From an uncultured bacterium (GTDB taxonomy: Bacteria > Chloroflexota > UBA5177 > JANWHV01): 64,000 nt of DNA. A program made the translations under genes and the position numbers. Under the pieces are notes generated by a model that saw nothing but the letters and a program-made list of their open reading frames with translations, had not been told where the DNA came from and made no database searches. Where the stretch lies: positions 384,001 through 448,000 of the forward strand of contig CAVSOU010000010.1 of NCBI GenBank assembly GCA_963729625.1. Direction: 5' to 3'. The first letter of the stretch is position 1, and every line of letters starts with the position of its first letter. Shown piece after piece: positions 28,107 through 37,855 of this stretch.

Positions 28107-30602
28107 CTAGCCGACGGTCATCACCCCATCCCCGTCGGAAACAGTGAAGCCCTTCAAATCGCCGCCGAGCACCGCGACGTGTCGGCGCACGCGTCCGGCG
28201 TCGTCCAGCGAGCGGGTGTAGATGCCCCAACCGGCCGAACAGGTGAACAGGACGGCGAAACTGCTCGATTCGAGAGCCGGCTTGAACCGCAGCGTCCTCT
28301 GCTCGACATCGCATGTGAAGCCGCTGAGCGCCGTCAACAGGGCCCAGCTTGCCATGGAACGCGCGTAGTGGTGTCCGCACTCAACCTCATCCCAGGGATT
28401 CCGTCGGCGACCGTCGTACCGATCCCGTACCGCCTTGACCAGCTCAATGCCCGCTTGGACGGCGCCCTCGTAGATGAGGTGCGAGGCAACCTGGTATTCC
28501 GTGCCGCTCCAGACCTCGTCTGAATACACGAAGGGCAGGCGGGGCTGGCCGCCTCGCGGCCAGCTGCAGAGCAGCAGCCCGGACTCGTCGGGCATGACAA
28601 AGGTGCGCTGCAGGTTGACGTACGCGCCCATCGGCCGCCGGAAGTTGAAGCGCCAGACGGAGTCAATCGCGGCGCGCACGTGCTCCGGTGCTGCCAGGTG
28701 CCCAAGCCCGGCGATATGCGCGAGTTGCTGTCCCAGCAGCTGATCGGACAAGCAGCCGTCCCCGAATTGATAGGCATGGGCGTCCACGTCCGCGAGCACC
28801 TGGCGGTAGTACTCACCGTTCCACAACAATTGCTCCACCTGCTCAGCGCCGCGCCTGGCCAGCCGCGCGTACCGCTCCGCGGCTTCGCCGTCGTCAAGCC
28901 GCCAGGCCATGGCTGTGGCCGCCCTCAGCGCGCCCACCATCAGGAACGCCGTCAGCGGGTTCGGACCGAAGAACTCGATGTCGTAGGTGTTATGCTGTTG
29001 TCCATCGGGCAGGCCGTCTCCATCCGTGTCCCAGGTCGCCAGCGCATAAGCAAGCGTCTTCCGCACGTTGGGCCAGAGATCGCGCAGGAACTGCCGGTCA
29101 CCGGTCAGGAGAAACGCGCGCCAAAGCCGCAGCACCATGCCAAGCTGGCCGTCCGCCGCACCTTGGGCAAGGGGAAAGGCACTGCCGAAGGCCGCCTCCG
29201 TGCGGAACCTCATCATACCGTTCGCATCGACCTCATCGAGGTACGCTGTCCGCAGCATGCTGACCTCGAGCGCGGGAAAGAGGTAGGCCAGCGTCTGCGC
29301 GTAGTTCCAGACATGCGTACAGTTTCCATGGCATGATCCGCCGCGGTCGAAGCACCCCTCCCAGCCGAAGAAGCGGCCATCGCTCAACCAGAAGCACGTG
29401 TTGCTGCGCAGGACCGCAATGTTGCTAGAGAGCGCGTCTAGCACGGCCGGCAGCAGCGTGCTGCCAAACAGCGCGTCACGGAATGAGAACGTCGCTTGCT
29501 CCAGACGCCCGATGTGCCCGGCCACATACGCCGCCACTGCCCAGGCGTCGGTAAACCGGCCTGCGTAGCGGATGCGCGTGGTCGGGGACATGCCGGGACC
29601 GGAGCGATCCCACCCATTGACGCGATTAGGGAAGTACCAGCAGAGCAGGAAGGTGACGGTCCGGCATTCGCCTGGGGCAAGGATGAAGGGTGCGCCAAGG
29701 GATCCCGGATCGAGATTCGCCACACGGGGCCCGATGGCCGTCGCCGTGGCTTGCTCGGCAGGAGCGGCCAGCCTGCCGTCCGTCGCGAGATCTACCCAGA
29801 AATCGCGGAGTGCGTCGTACCATCCTGCTCGCTGCCAGGCGACCTTGGCTGTGGTGTCGGTCTCGAGCGTGGCGAGCACTGCATTGCCGAAGGCGAGGTC
29901 GGTTGGGCCGGTTGGCGGGCCTTCGAAGTAGATGCCCCGCAGGCCGTCATCCTGGCGCCACATGTTGCGCGACTCGCCTCTTGGATTGCCGCGCAGATTG
30001 CCGAACTCGTCAACGCCAGCGTAGCCCGCCGGGTTGAGCAGCGTGCCGACCACGGTCGCCTGCACCGGCTGCGGTCCGGGATTGGTGACGCGCCAGCGGA
30101 AGATGATGCACGGCAGGCCGGACTCGTCCGGGTCAAGGGGAACCAGCGGGGTATACGCGAGCAGATGCGCCTCGACCGGAATCTCGGGGTCGCGCAGTGC
30201 CACCTCAGCCACCGGGTACTGGCCGCGGAAACGGCTCTGCGCGAAACGGGGTAAGCCGCCACCATGATTCGGATGGATCCCGTGCGAGGCGGAATAGGGC
30301 GGCGGGATCTGCCCCTCCAACATGCGCGCGACGCTCGCGGTACCGGCCCGCTGCGCCCAGATCGTGAATTGCGTGTAGGGGAGCGTCAAGCCCTTTCTCG
30401 GCTCGTTCCAGATCTCGAAATCCCGCAAGTTACCGCGCGCGCCAAGCGAGATGTTCCCTGTCCCGATGCCTCCCAGGGGGAAAGCAACTTCGGTTGCCGA
30501 CTGGTCCAACCAGCCGGCGCCACCCAGTTCACGCTCATCCGGCATGTGCGCTGACACGCTCGTCTCAACCTTCCGTGCCACACTGGGCACACTTTCGTCC
30601 AT
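28107..30602 (-). CDS. Glycoside hydrolase family 116 (GBA2-like)
   Basis: FPLGGIGTG, FFGWEG, GNCTHVWNY, QHNTYD, LSDQLLGQ, YSDEVWSG and RRNPWDEVECGHHYARSMASW. Start uncertain (30602/30545). Confidence 0.92.
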   Translation of the reverse strand: MDESVPSVARKVETSVSAHMPDERELGGAGWLDQSATEVAFPLGGIGTGNISLGARGNLRDFEIWNEPRKGLTLPYTQFTIWAQRAGTASVARMLEGQIPPPYSASHGIHPNHGGGLPRFAQSRFRGQYPVAEVALRDPEIPVEAHLLAYTPLVPLDPDESGLPCIIFRWRVTNPGPQPVQATVVGTLLNPAGYAGVDEFGNLRGNPRGESRNMWRQDDGLRGIYFEGPPTGPTDLAFGNAVLATLETDTTAKVAWQRAGWYDALRDFWVDLATDGRLAAPAEQATATAIGPRVANLDPGSLGAPFILAPGECRTVTFLLCWYFPNRVNGWDRSGPGMSPTTRIRYAGRFTDAWAVAAYVAGHIGRLEQATFSFRDALFGSTLLPAVLDALSSNIAVLRSNTCFWLSDGRFFGWEGCFDRGGSCHGNCTHVWNYAQTLAYLFPALEVSMLRTAYLDEVDANGMMRFRTEAAFGSAFPLAQGAADGQLGMVLRLWRAFLLTGDRQFLRDLWPNVRKTLAYALATWDTDGDGLPDGQQHNTYDIEFFGPNPLTAFLMVGALRAATAMAWRLDDGEAAERYARLARRGAEQVEQLLWNGEYYRQVLADVDAHAYQFGDGCLSDQLLGQQLAHIAGLGHLAAPEHVRAAIDSVWRFNFRRPMGAYVNLQRTFVMPDESGLLLCSWPRGGQPRLPFVYSDEVWSGTEYQVASHLIYEGAVQAGIELVKAVRDRYDGRRRNPWDEVECGHHYARSMASWALLTALSGFTCDVEQRTLRFKPALESSSFAVLFTCSAGWGIYTRSLDDAGRVRRHVAVLGGDLKGFTVSDGDGVMTVG

Positions 30603-30859
30603 GCTCAGCCGATCGACAGGCGGCCGGTCACTTCTCACTGGGCGAACCGCATCCGGCCAGATTCTAGCACGAACTTCCTGCGCCCGGTCGATACGGACTG
30701 GAGGCGTTCGCCGCCTACGGGACCGCGAACGCGTAGCCCCGGCATGTCGGCTCGGCCATGCACGATGCCAGGAGTACGGCCATGTCGCTGACCGACCTCG
30801 ACGGCGTGGTCATTGCGCAGGCTCCGGCGCCTCGCATGATCTCGACCAGGGCGTCAGCG

Positions 30860-31025
30860 CGCGCGACTGGAGTCTGTCAAGCCCGATGTGGTCAATCTTA
30901 CCCTTGCGGACATGCCGACGGGCTTCACCCTTAGCCAAGAACAACTTGTGGAACAACAGTCATGCGGCCAGGGACGAAAAGACAACCGTTGCTGCGCTCA
31001 ATCGGGCGGGCCGGACGCTGACATG
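30860..31025 (+). pseudogene. Possible remnant of a secreted protein gene
   Basis: Protein-like text split across frames (KPDVVNLTLADMPTGFTL / AKNNLWNNSHAARDEKTTVAALNRAGRTL), with no intact start or stop. Confidence 0.3.
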
Positions 31026-31270
31026 CCGCGCGATGGGTGCAAGGCACCAGCAGCGATGCGAGTCGGAAAGCTTTGGTGAGCAGACGCGTGTCTAACGGGC
31101 AGCGGGAAGGGCGGCGACGTCCAGGTGCGGCCCGGGAGCGGCCGGGAAGGGCTGGGCGCCAGTCGTGCATGCCGCCAACGCCGACAGCTCGACGGCTATG
31201 TCATGAGGTTCATGCTATAACGGTACCAGCGCATCGCTCACATCCGGAATATTCAAGAGGGGACGAAGAG

Positions 31271-32212
31271 ATGACTCGTGCGGTTGTCGTCAATCCTGAG
31301 GTAGCCGGTCGCCTAGTGCTGGCTGACGTTGGCGATCCCGACCCTGCGCCATCGGAGGCTCTGGTTCGTGTCGCTGCCATTTCGCTCAATCGGGGCGAGG
31401 TGCGCCGCGCCATGAGCGCAGACGCGGGATGGCGGCCGGGCTGGGATCTTGCTGGTACCGTGGAGCGAGCCGCACGTGACGGCTCCGGGCCGCCAGCCGG
31501 CACCCGGGTGGTCGGCTTTCTCGCATCTGGAGCTTGGGCGGAGGCAGCGGCGGTGTCGACGCGCGCCCTCGCGCCACTGCCGGATGCCGTGTCTTTCGCC
31601 CAAGGGGCAACGCTGCCGGTGGCCGGATTGACCGCGCTCTACGCCTTGGAGCAGGCCGGTTCGCTACTGGATCGATCGGTGCTGATCACCGGGGCCACGG
31701 GTGGCGTGGGCTATTTCGCCTGCCAGTTGGCTCACGGGGCTGGCGCCCGCGTCACTGCCGTCGTGCGGCGCCAGGACCAAGTCGGGCTGATACAAGCTAC
31801 TGGCGCGGACCACGTAGTAGTCACCGACGACGCATCAGGAGCGGCGGTGCATGGACCATTCGACCGGGCCCTCGATTCGGTCGGTGGCCGAACCTTGGCC
31901 ACGGTGCTCGCCATGATGGCGCCGGGTGGCACCTGCGTGGCCTTTGGTGCTTCTGACGGGCCTGACGTTCCGTTCAACATCTCGCGTTTTTATGCCACGG
32001 GTGGCGTTACGCTCTACGGCTTCATCCTCTTCTATGAGGTACAGAGCAAGCCGGCAGCCGCGGGTTTGGCGCGGCTAGCACGGCTGGTGCAGGACGGGCG
32101 GCTCCGGCCGCTGATCACGGTGGAAGAGCCGTGGGAGAAGGTGGCAGACGTGGCGCAGCAACTGGTAAATCGGCGCTATGCCGGCAAGGCTGTGCTCCTC
32201 GTCGCGCGGTAG
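31271..32212 (+). CDS. MDR-family (quinone oxidoreductase-like) dehydrogenase
   Basis: VAAISLNRGE, GWDLAG, TLPVAGLTA, VLITGATGGVG and GKAVL; GAGGGG SD. Confidence 0.92.
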   Translation: MTRAVVVNPEVAGRLVLADVGDPDPAPSEALVRVAAISLNRGEVRRAMSADAGWRPGWDLAGTVERAARDGSGPPAGTRVVGFLASGAWAEAAAVSTRALAPLPDAVSFAQGATLPVAGLTALYALEQAGSLLDRSVLITGATGGVGYFACQLAHGAGARVTAVVRRQDQVGLIQATGADHVVVTDDASGAAVHGPFDRALDSVGGRTLATVLAMMAPGGTCVAFGASDGPDVPFNISRFYATGGVTLYGFILFYEVQSKPAAAGLARLARLVQDGRLRPLITVEEPWEKVADVAQQLVNRRYAGKAVLLVAR

Positions 32213-32340
32213 CAAGGCTGGGCGGAAGCGCGGGGCTGAGTCCACGCAGCGATCCTGAAGCTGTTCGGGCGACGGCTGGTGTAGTGGGCCGGCACCTCTT
32301 GTACGCGGGCCTGCGTGAGCCGCCAGCGACTGCGCACTTG

Positions 32341-32871
32341 CTAGCCGGACGCTAGACGAGTGGTGCGCCAGGGTCGGGCGTGACCCCAAGAGCATCGAGC
32401 GCTGACGCGCGCACGGCTAAGCGGCTCGGCAGTGGCGGCCGCCAGCAGCATGCCGGGGAATCGCGCATCGATTTGCGCTTGCAACGCGGCCTGATCGGCT
32501 TGGTAATGCTCGGCTTGCTTGAACAGCCGGTAATTTTGCCAGGACTGCCGAATCAGTGCCACGACATCAGGAATCTCGACAGGTACGTTCCTCTTGCTGG
32601 GATCGTAGTCGAGCACCGCGCGATAGCCAAGGTTTTCCGCCTGCGTAATCTCGCGTTCGGCGTCGAGCACGTGCACAAGACTGGGCAATTGCGCAGATGA
32701 GATGGTGTTCAAGGTCAAGTGGGCTGAGACCAAGCCGCGGAGGCCGGCGCCCCCGATCAGTCCGGCAAGGCCGAGCAACAGCAGCTGCAGGATGAGCCGT
32801 GGCGAGCGAAAGATGTGCACCAGGTACCGCACCGCCTTACCTCGCCAACGCTCCGCACGCGACGTCGTCAC
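32341..32871 (-). pseudogene. Truncated membrane sensor N-terminus (TM + four-helix-bundle-like ligand-binding region)
   Basis: TM LILQLLLLGLAGLIGGAGL, then LNTISSAQLPSL helical segment typical of 4HB sensor domains. Degenerates after ~150 aa with no second TM or output domain. Confidence 0.5.
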
Positions 32872-32907
32872 CGGATATCGGTGATCTGCTCACCGGAAGC
32901 CGCATGT

Positions 32908-33912
32908 TCACGCGTCATCAATCATCAGGTAGACCAGTGTCTGATTGACCAGTTGATAGGCTATCTCCCCGAACGTGATGGGTCCGCTCAGGCCTACCTG
33001 CTTCCCTTCCAGCTCGCCATACAGGTAATTGAGGATGCAGTTGCAGGCGAACGCCGCACCGGCTGCGTCAGCCGGCACCGCGGCCTTGAACGCCGCCGCA
33101 TAGTCGCCAATCGGCCGCGCCAGGCGATAGTCCATGCCGGCGAACACGGGCGCATAACAGGTGACCGTCCCGTGCTGAGCATCGACTCCCTGGAAACTGG
33201 TATTGATCAAGGCCCCATGGTAGTTGGCGACCAGCGGCAAGCGTGTATCGGCTGCACACTCGGCGAGATAGGTAGCAAAGGAGCGTTCCACGCCGTTCAC
33301 CAGACACGTGGTGATCGTGAATCCGGTCTGCGGAAACCGCAACACGTCGCCCTCGCCCGGGCAAAAGATGTTGACTATCTCCACGCTCGCCCTGCGGTGT
33401 GCCGGCAGCGTGATATGCATGACCACGGCCTGTGAGTCACTCAGCGTTCCGGACAGCCCATCGATGACCTTGGGTGTGACAACGCCGATCTGGTCGAGCG
33501 CGGAACCGGACACCCAGCCGATGATGGGCGAGAAGAAGAGGCCCGCGTAGCTCGCCGCCTCCTCCGCATAGCGCCGATGTACCGCGGAACCCGCCGGCAG
33601 GATCAGCACGCTGAAGCCATTTCCCGGCGCGTCGGCAGCGATGTGGGGCAGCATGGCCTCGTCGTAGAGACAGATGGAGCAATCCTCGACGCCCGGGAGT
33701 TCGGTGACCAGTACGCGATCCTCCGCGTAACACCCGCCGACATCGGCCATGAAATAGGGGATCGTGCCGCCGACCCACCGCCCGGATGGCAGCTGCCGCA
33801 ACGCTGCCTCGCTCGCGGCGAGCAGCAGCGGGACTCCGGCGCGAATCCGCTCGCCTGCTTCGTCGGTGGTGACCAGTGTCGTCCGCGCGCCGATGCCAGA
33901 TAGCGTACTCAA
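32908..33912 (-). CDS. FIST-like protein (DUF6976-like)
   Basis: WVGGTIPYFM N-terminal motif and C-terminal FACNCILNYLYGELEG...GPITFGEI...NQT, resembling the FIST_C C..R / GF.T.GEI...N.T signature. Family name recalled, not searched. Confidence 0.75.
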   Translation of the reverse strand: MSTLSGIGARTTLVTTDEAGERIRAGVPLLLAASEAALRQLPSGRWVGGTIPYFMADVGGCYAEDRVLVTELPGVEDCSICLYDEAMLPHIAADAPGNGFSVLILPAGSAVHRRYAEEAASYAGLFFSPIIGWVSGSALDQIGVVTPKVIDGLSGTLSDSQAVVMHITLPAHRRASVEIVNIFCPGEGDVLRFPQTGFTITTCLVNGVERSFATYLAECAADTRLPLVANYHGALINTSFQGVDAQHGTVTCYAPVFAGMDYRLARPIGDYAAAFKAAVPADAAGAAFACNCILNYLYGELEGKQVGLSGPITFGEIAYQLVNQTLVYLMIDDA

Positions 33913-33924
33913 GGCTTCACTCCT

Positions 33925-34158
33925 TCACTTTGCGGCACTGGCCAGCCGCGTCAGGTCGCCGGCAACCAGCTTCTCGAACTTCTGGCAGAAGGCATGGAGT
34001 TCCGCCGCGCGTCGCCCAACGTTCGCCAGGGACGGATCCTCCTGCACGCTGGCGGTGAGGCGCGTCAGCAGCATGCGTGCTGACATCGGGGTCGGGGTAA
34101 ACGGGACAGCTCCGGTGACGATCGCGCGCCAGCGTGGGTCATCGACAGGTGGCAGCAT
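33925..34158 (-). CDS. Small helical protein co-transcribed with the FIST-like gene
   Basis: AAGGAG SD, MLPPVDDPRWRAIVTG...ELHAFCQKFEKLVAGDL (77 aa), 12 nt before the FIST-like gene. Confidence 0.7.
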   Translation of the reverse strand: MLPPVDDPRWRAIVTGAVPFTPTPMSARMLLTRLTASVQEDPSLANVGRRAAELHAFCQKFEKLVAGDLTRLASAAK

Positions 34159-34861
34159 GGGGCTCCTTTCGATCCGGATAGCCGCCGGCCGGAGGCATCG
34201 CCTGGATGGCACGCACCATGTCCCTGTGCGCCTGGACTGCGCCGCCTCCGAGGCTGCACGGCATTCGACTACTACAAGTGTATTGGTCAGCCTTCCCGCA
34301 TTTACTCTATACAAGCGACTTCGCGAAAGGAAATAGCCCGATCGGAAACGGCTCGGCTATGGGAGTCGGCTACTGGCCTGCGGCGCAAGCTGGTTCTCTC
34401 GGTGCGCTGCTGCGGTCCCGCGCGTTCAACCGGCCAGCCGCCAACGAACCCGTCGCCAATGCCGGCACCCCGGTCGTGCGCGTGTGCTCCATCTTCCCGC
34501 ATCATCGCACTGCGGCATCGATGCTGCGAGCCGTGTCCGTGGTATGGGCACGGAGTTCGCGCCGTGACCGCAGGCGCGCGCTCCTCAGGACCGTCGAGGA
34601 AGAGATCATTGAGGAGCGAGGCAGCGCGGAGAACACAGCATGGAAGAAGAGACCGAATCTTCCGACGGCACCTATGGTGCGAATTCGTCGTGTTTGTTTG
34701 AATCCGGTACCGAAAGAACCCTGAAGAAGTCGGCAATCCTGACGATCAGGAATAGAGGTGGAAGCGAAGAACCTTGGAGATGCCACAGAGCTCGGCACAT
34801 GGCAGGCACCGGGGGCGTCGAGTAGTCGCCATACACGATTCACGAAGGGGACGGGGAGATT

Positions 34862-36427
34862 ATGGCCTGGACTCGAAATCTGCAACTCTCGATATGGCTG
34901 ACGGGCGGCTACGCCGCTATGGCGGCGCTGGGTTTTCTAGCGCAAGGGGCGGGCTACGCGGGGCTGGCACTGGCCATCGTCCTGGCGCTGGGCTGCGGCT
35001 GGGCCAGCGCTCGTTCCATGAGGCGACCGTTCGACGAGGTGCAACGGATTGCGCGCGCGTGCGGGACTGTCGGCCTGGCAAGGCTCGCCCTAGGCATGGC
35101 CGCGCTTGCCAAAGGAGACCTGACCGTGTCTCTGCACTCCAGCATCGAGGGTCCCACGTATGTCGGCACGAATGAGATTGGTCGAATGGCCGATGCCGTG
35201 CGCGAGATCATCGCCCATGGTCGCACCGCGCTACAGGCGTACGAAGAAGCACGCACGCAGTTGCACGAGCTCATTGGTCAGGTGGGCCGGCACGCGCAGG
35301 AGGTGGACCATGGCGCGACAGCGCTTGCAAGGGCGACCCAGCAGATTGGACAGGCCAGCACCCAGGTCGCATGCGTCATCGGGGAGGTCGCGCACGGCGC
35401 CGCGGAGCAGAATAGATGCGCTGGCACGATGATGGAGACGGTGAGCGCGCTGGACGCAGCCGTGCGACAGGTGGCCGATGGCGCGGTCCAACAGGCCGCG
35501 GCTGCCGGGCCGCTCCTGGCGGCCTTGACGGGTATGAGCACGGCGGTTGCCGCCGCGAACGAGAGCCTGGAAGCGGTGACGAAGGCTGCCACCCAGGCCT
35601 CGCGCACCGCGCAGGACGGAGGACCGGTCATCGACCAGACGGTCACCAGCATCGCTGCTGTGCGCTCGGCCGTGCAGCAGAGTGCCCAGCAGGTCGAAGC
35701 ACTTGGTCAGCGCAGCGCGGAGATTGGGCAGATCGTCGAGACCATCGACGACATCGCCGCACAAACGAACCTGCTGGCGTTGAACGCCGCCATCGAAGCC
35801 GCTCGTGCCGGCGAGCACGGAAAAGGCTTCACGGTGGTGGCAGCGGAGGTGCGCAAGCTGGCCGAGCGGTCAAGCAACGAGACCAAAGCGATCGCCGGGC
35901 GCGTCCGGTCCATCCAACTGCAGGTGAGTGACGTGGTGGCGGCCATGCACGCAGCGAGCGCAGCGGTCACGGAAACGGCCCAGCTGGGCGAGCAGACACG
36001 CACGACCCTGCGTAACATCGTCACGGTCGTGGATGGTACCAGGAACCAGGTGCAGCGCATCGGCGCGGCGACGGAGGAGATCGGACGGCAGGTCGGCACG
36101 GTCACGGAGATGGGCCGGAAGAGCAACCAGATCGCCGAAAGCACCAGGCAAGCCACCGCCGTGATGCGGGAACGCTGTGAGCACTTAAGCCAACAGATAG
36201 AGAACACCGCGGCGGTGAGTGAAGAGGGTGCGGCAAGCGCGGCCGAGGTCAGCGCGTCAACAGAGGAGCAATCCGCCAGCGTGGAACAGATGAGTGCCGG
36301 AGCGCAGGAGTTAGCAGCACTCGCGACGGGGCTCGAGGAGCTAGTTGGGCAGTTCACCCTGGACAGTTCGCGCGCACCGTCGCAAACCCTCAACACGCAG
36401 GAAGCTTGGCTGATGCGGGTGGTCTGA
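34862..36427 (+). CDS. Methyl-accepting chemotaxis protein without an extracellular sensor domain
   Basis: Two adjacent TM helices, HAMP (GDLT...NEIGRMA), signalling hairpin [40 protein letters not shown]. Confidence 0.95.
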   Translation: MAWTRNLQLSIWLTGGYAAMAALGFLAQGAGYAGLALAIVLALGCGWASARSMRRPFDEVQRIARACGTVGLARLALGMAALAKGDLTVSLHSSIEGPTYVGTNEIGRMADAVREIIAHGRTALQAYEEARTQLHELIGQVGRHAQEVDHGATALARATQQIGQASTQVACVIGEVAHGAAEQNRCAGTMMETVSALDAAVRQVADGAVQQAAAAGPLLAALTGMSTAVAAANESLEAVTKAATQASRTAQDGGPVIDQTVTSIAAVRSAVQQSAQQVEALGQRSAEIGQIVETIDDIAAQTNLLALNAAIEAARAGEHGKGFTVVAAEVRKLAERSSNETKAIAGRVRSIQLQVSDVVAAMHAASAAVTETAQLGEQTRTTLRNIVTVVDGTRNQVQRIGAATEEIGRQVGTVTEMGRKSNQIAESTRQATAVMRERCEHLSQQIENTAAVSEEGAASAAEVSASTEEQSASVEQMSAGAQELAALATGLEELVGQFTLDSSRAPSQTLNTQEAWLMRVV

Positions 36428-36599
36428 CGGCAAGACGCCACGCGTCCCCGCTTGGCACGTGCACAACGGGCCGAGGATCGTGTTGGACGCGCCGTTGTGC
36501 GGGACTTGACGCGTGTAGCATTGTTTGCAGTCGTGGTTTGGCGTGATCGCGCCGTGTACTGTTGCCATCAGTCAACGAGACGTGAGGGGGATTGACCTC

Positions 36600-36725
36600 A
36601 TGGTGAACGCTTAGTCTGACCTGCCACAGCCCACGATCGGTATTCTCAGTCCTGTGCTCGGTGACGAGTTCTTCGGTGAAGTGGCCATTGGCATATACCA
36701 CACGGTGCATCGAGCAGGCGGGCGG
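36600..36725 (+). pseudogene. Remnant 5' end of a LacI/periplasmic-binding-protein-type sensor domain gene
   Basis: GAGGGGG SD, ATG 36600, in-frame TAG at codon 5, then PTIGILSPVLGDEFFGEVAIGIYHTVHRAGGR, after which similarity is lost. Confidence 0.5.
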
Positions 36726-37027
36726 GAACGGCGCAACTCATGCCATCACTGGTTCAGGTCGATACGCCACACGGCTATGGACAGAAGCAGTTCCGCTTGG
36801 CGTACTTTAGTTGCCGCTTCGTCAAATGGCCCGATATAGAGCCTTAGAAGGGTAGCAGCTTGTAACTTGGCGAACCCCGTCACCGGTACCGGGCAGACCC
36901 GCGAGGCGTCGCCAGACTGGCTAGCAAGAGCGGGCCCCCTCGTCCGGGTGATGTGTCGGTCAGGCGTCACGCCTACTATTGGGTTGGAGCGCGGACGTAT
37001 CGCTAAGGAAGTGTGGCCAATACCAAT

Positions 37028-37300
37028 GCCGGCTGGGGGTCGTAGGCAGCGCCCACAGCGACCGTGAAATAGCAGGTAGCGAAGGTAGTGAACGGAGAAA
37101 CAATCGTGAGTGCACAGGGGAAGAATCGATCATTGCCGGTGCTCTGGCGCCAGATCGCCGTGTTGGCCCTGGTAATTCTTGGCACAGGCCTCTTCATCAG
37201 CCAGCCGGCACATGGCCTGGGCGGCACCAATACGGCAGCATGCGCAACATGTCACGTCGACAAGCCGTCCGCCGGCTGGGGGTCGTAGGGGCCACAGCGA
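37028..37300 (+). repeat. Direct repeat GCCGGCTGGGGGTCGTAGG (37028-37046, 37271-37289), each followed closely by CCACAGCGA
   Basis: Read directly; both copies encode AGWGS-stop. Confidence 0.9.
37106..37288 (+). CDS. Small secreted peptide precursor (60 aa)
   Basis: GGAGA SD; basic N-region, hydrophobic core, AHG cleavage site; mature part LGGTNTAACATCHVDKPSAGWGS. Confidence 0.6.
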   Translation: MSAQGKNRSLPVLWRQIAVLALVILGTGLFISQPAHGLGGTNTAACATCHVDKPSAGWGS

Positions 37301-37389
37301 GCAACTGCAGTGGTTGGGTGCGCGGCTCCCGGCCGAAACAGTGTTAGTGTGCTGAATGGGACATCACGGGGCGCGGCGCACGCCGCGCC

Positions 37390-37623
37390 CCGTCCATGAG
37401 GGGCCCAGTAGGCCGCCACGGCCTCGGGCAACTCGACAGGTCCCGCCGGCTCGCCGTCGAAGCGCGCCCATTGCGGCCCGGCGTAGGCGATGACGTTTGC
37501 ATACCGCGGGCTGTCGCCTTTGCGCCCTTCGCGCGTGGAGTGCAGCCGTCCCCGCACGAAGCGCAGCGGCAGCGCCCACATGTCCACGAACCACGCCGTA
37601 TCCGTGCGGACGTTCGTGAGCAA
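37390..37623 (-). pseudogene. C-terminal fragment of a phage-type DNA N6-adenine methyltransferase
   Basis: LLTNVRTDTAWFVDMWALPLRFVRGRL...SPRYANVIAYAG matches the RTDT.WF...F..GRL pattern of phage Dam family. No NPPY-containing N-terminal half seen. Confidence 0.6.
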
Positions 37624-37855
37624 CGGCGAACAGTCTGCCGGCCAGCGCGCCTTAACGCACGTGCCGATGCTGCGGATCGCCTCGCTCCAAGTGGTCTTTA
37701 CTATCTTCGGCGCTGACCAGCAGCTGGCAGTTCGTGTTGACACCTACAGATCCGCCGAAGTCTGCCGATAGACATGATCAAGGCTGCCTATAGGCGTTGT
37801 CCGCACGCAGGGCGCGTGCGGCGGGGCACCATGACTCAGAAGTGATAATAACCGC

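Noticed and set aside
36612-36614. In-frame TAG as pyrrolysine or readthrough
   Set aside because: The gene is also truncated after ~40 codons and no pyl genes are present; a nonsense mutation is simpler.
37239-37256. CxxCH as evidence of a c-type cytochrome
   Set aside because: The mature peptide is ~23 aa, too short for a cytochrome fold, and no maturation genes are nearby; kept only as a note.
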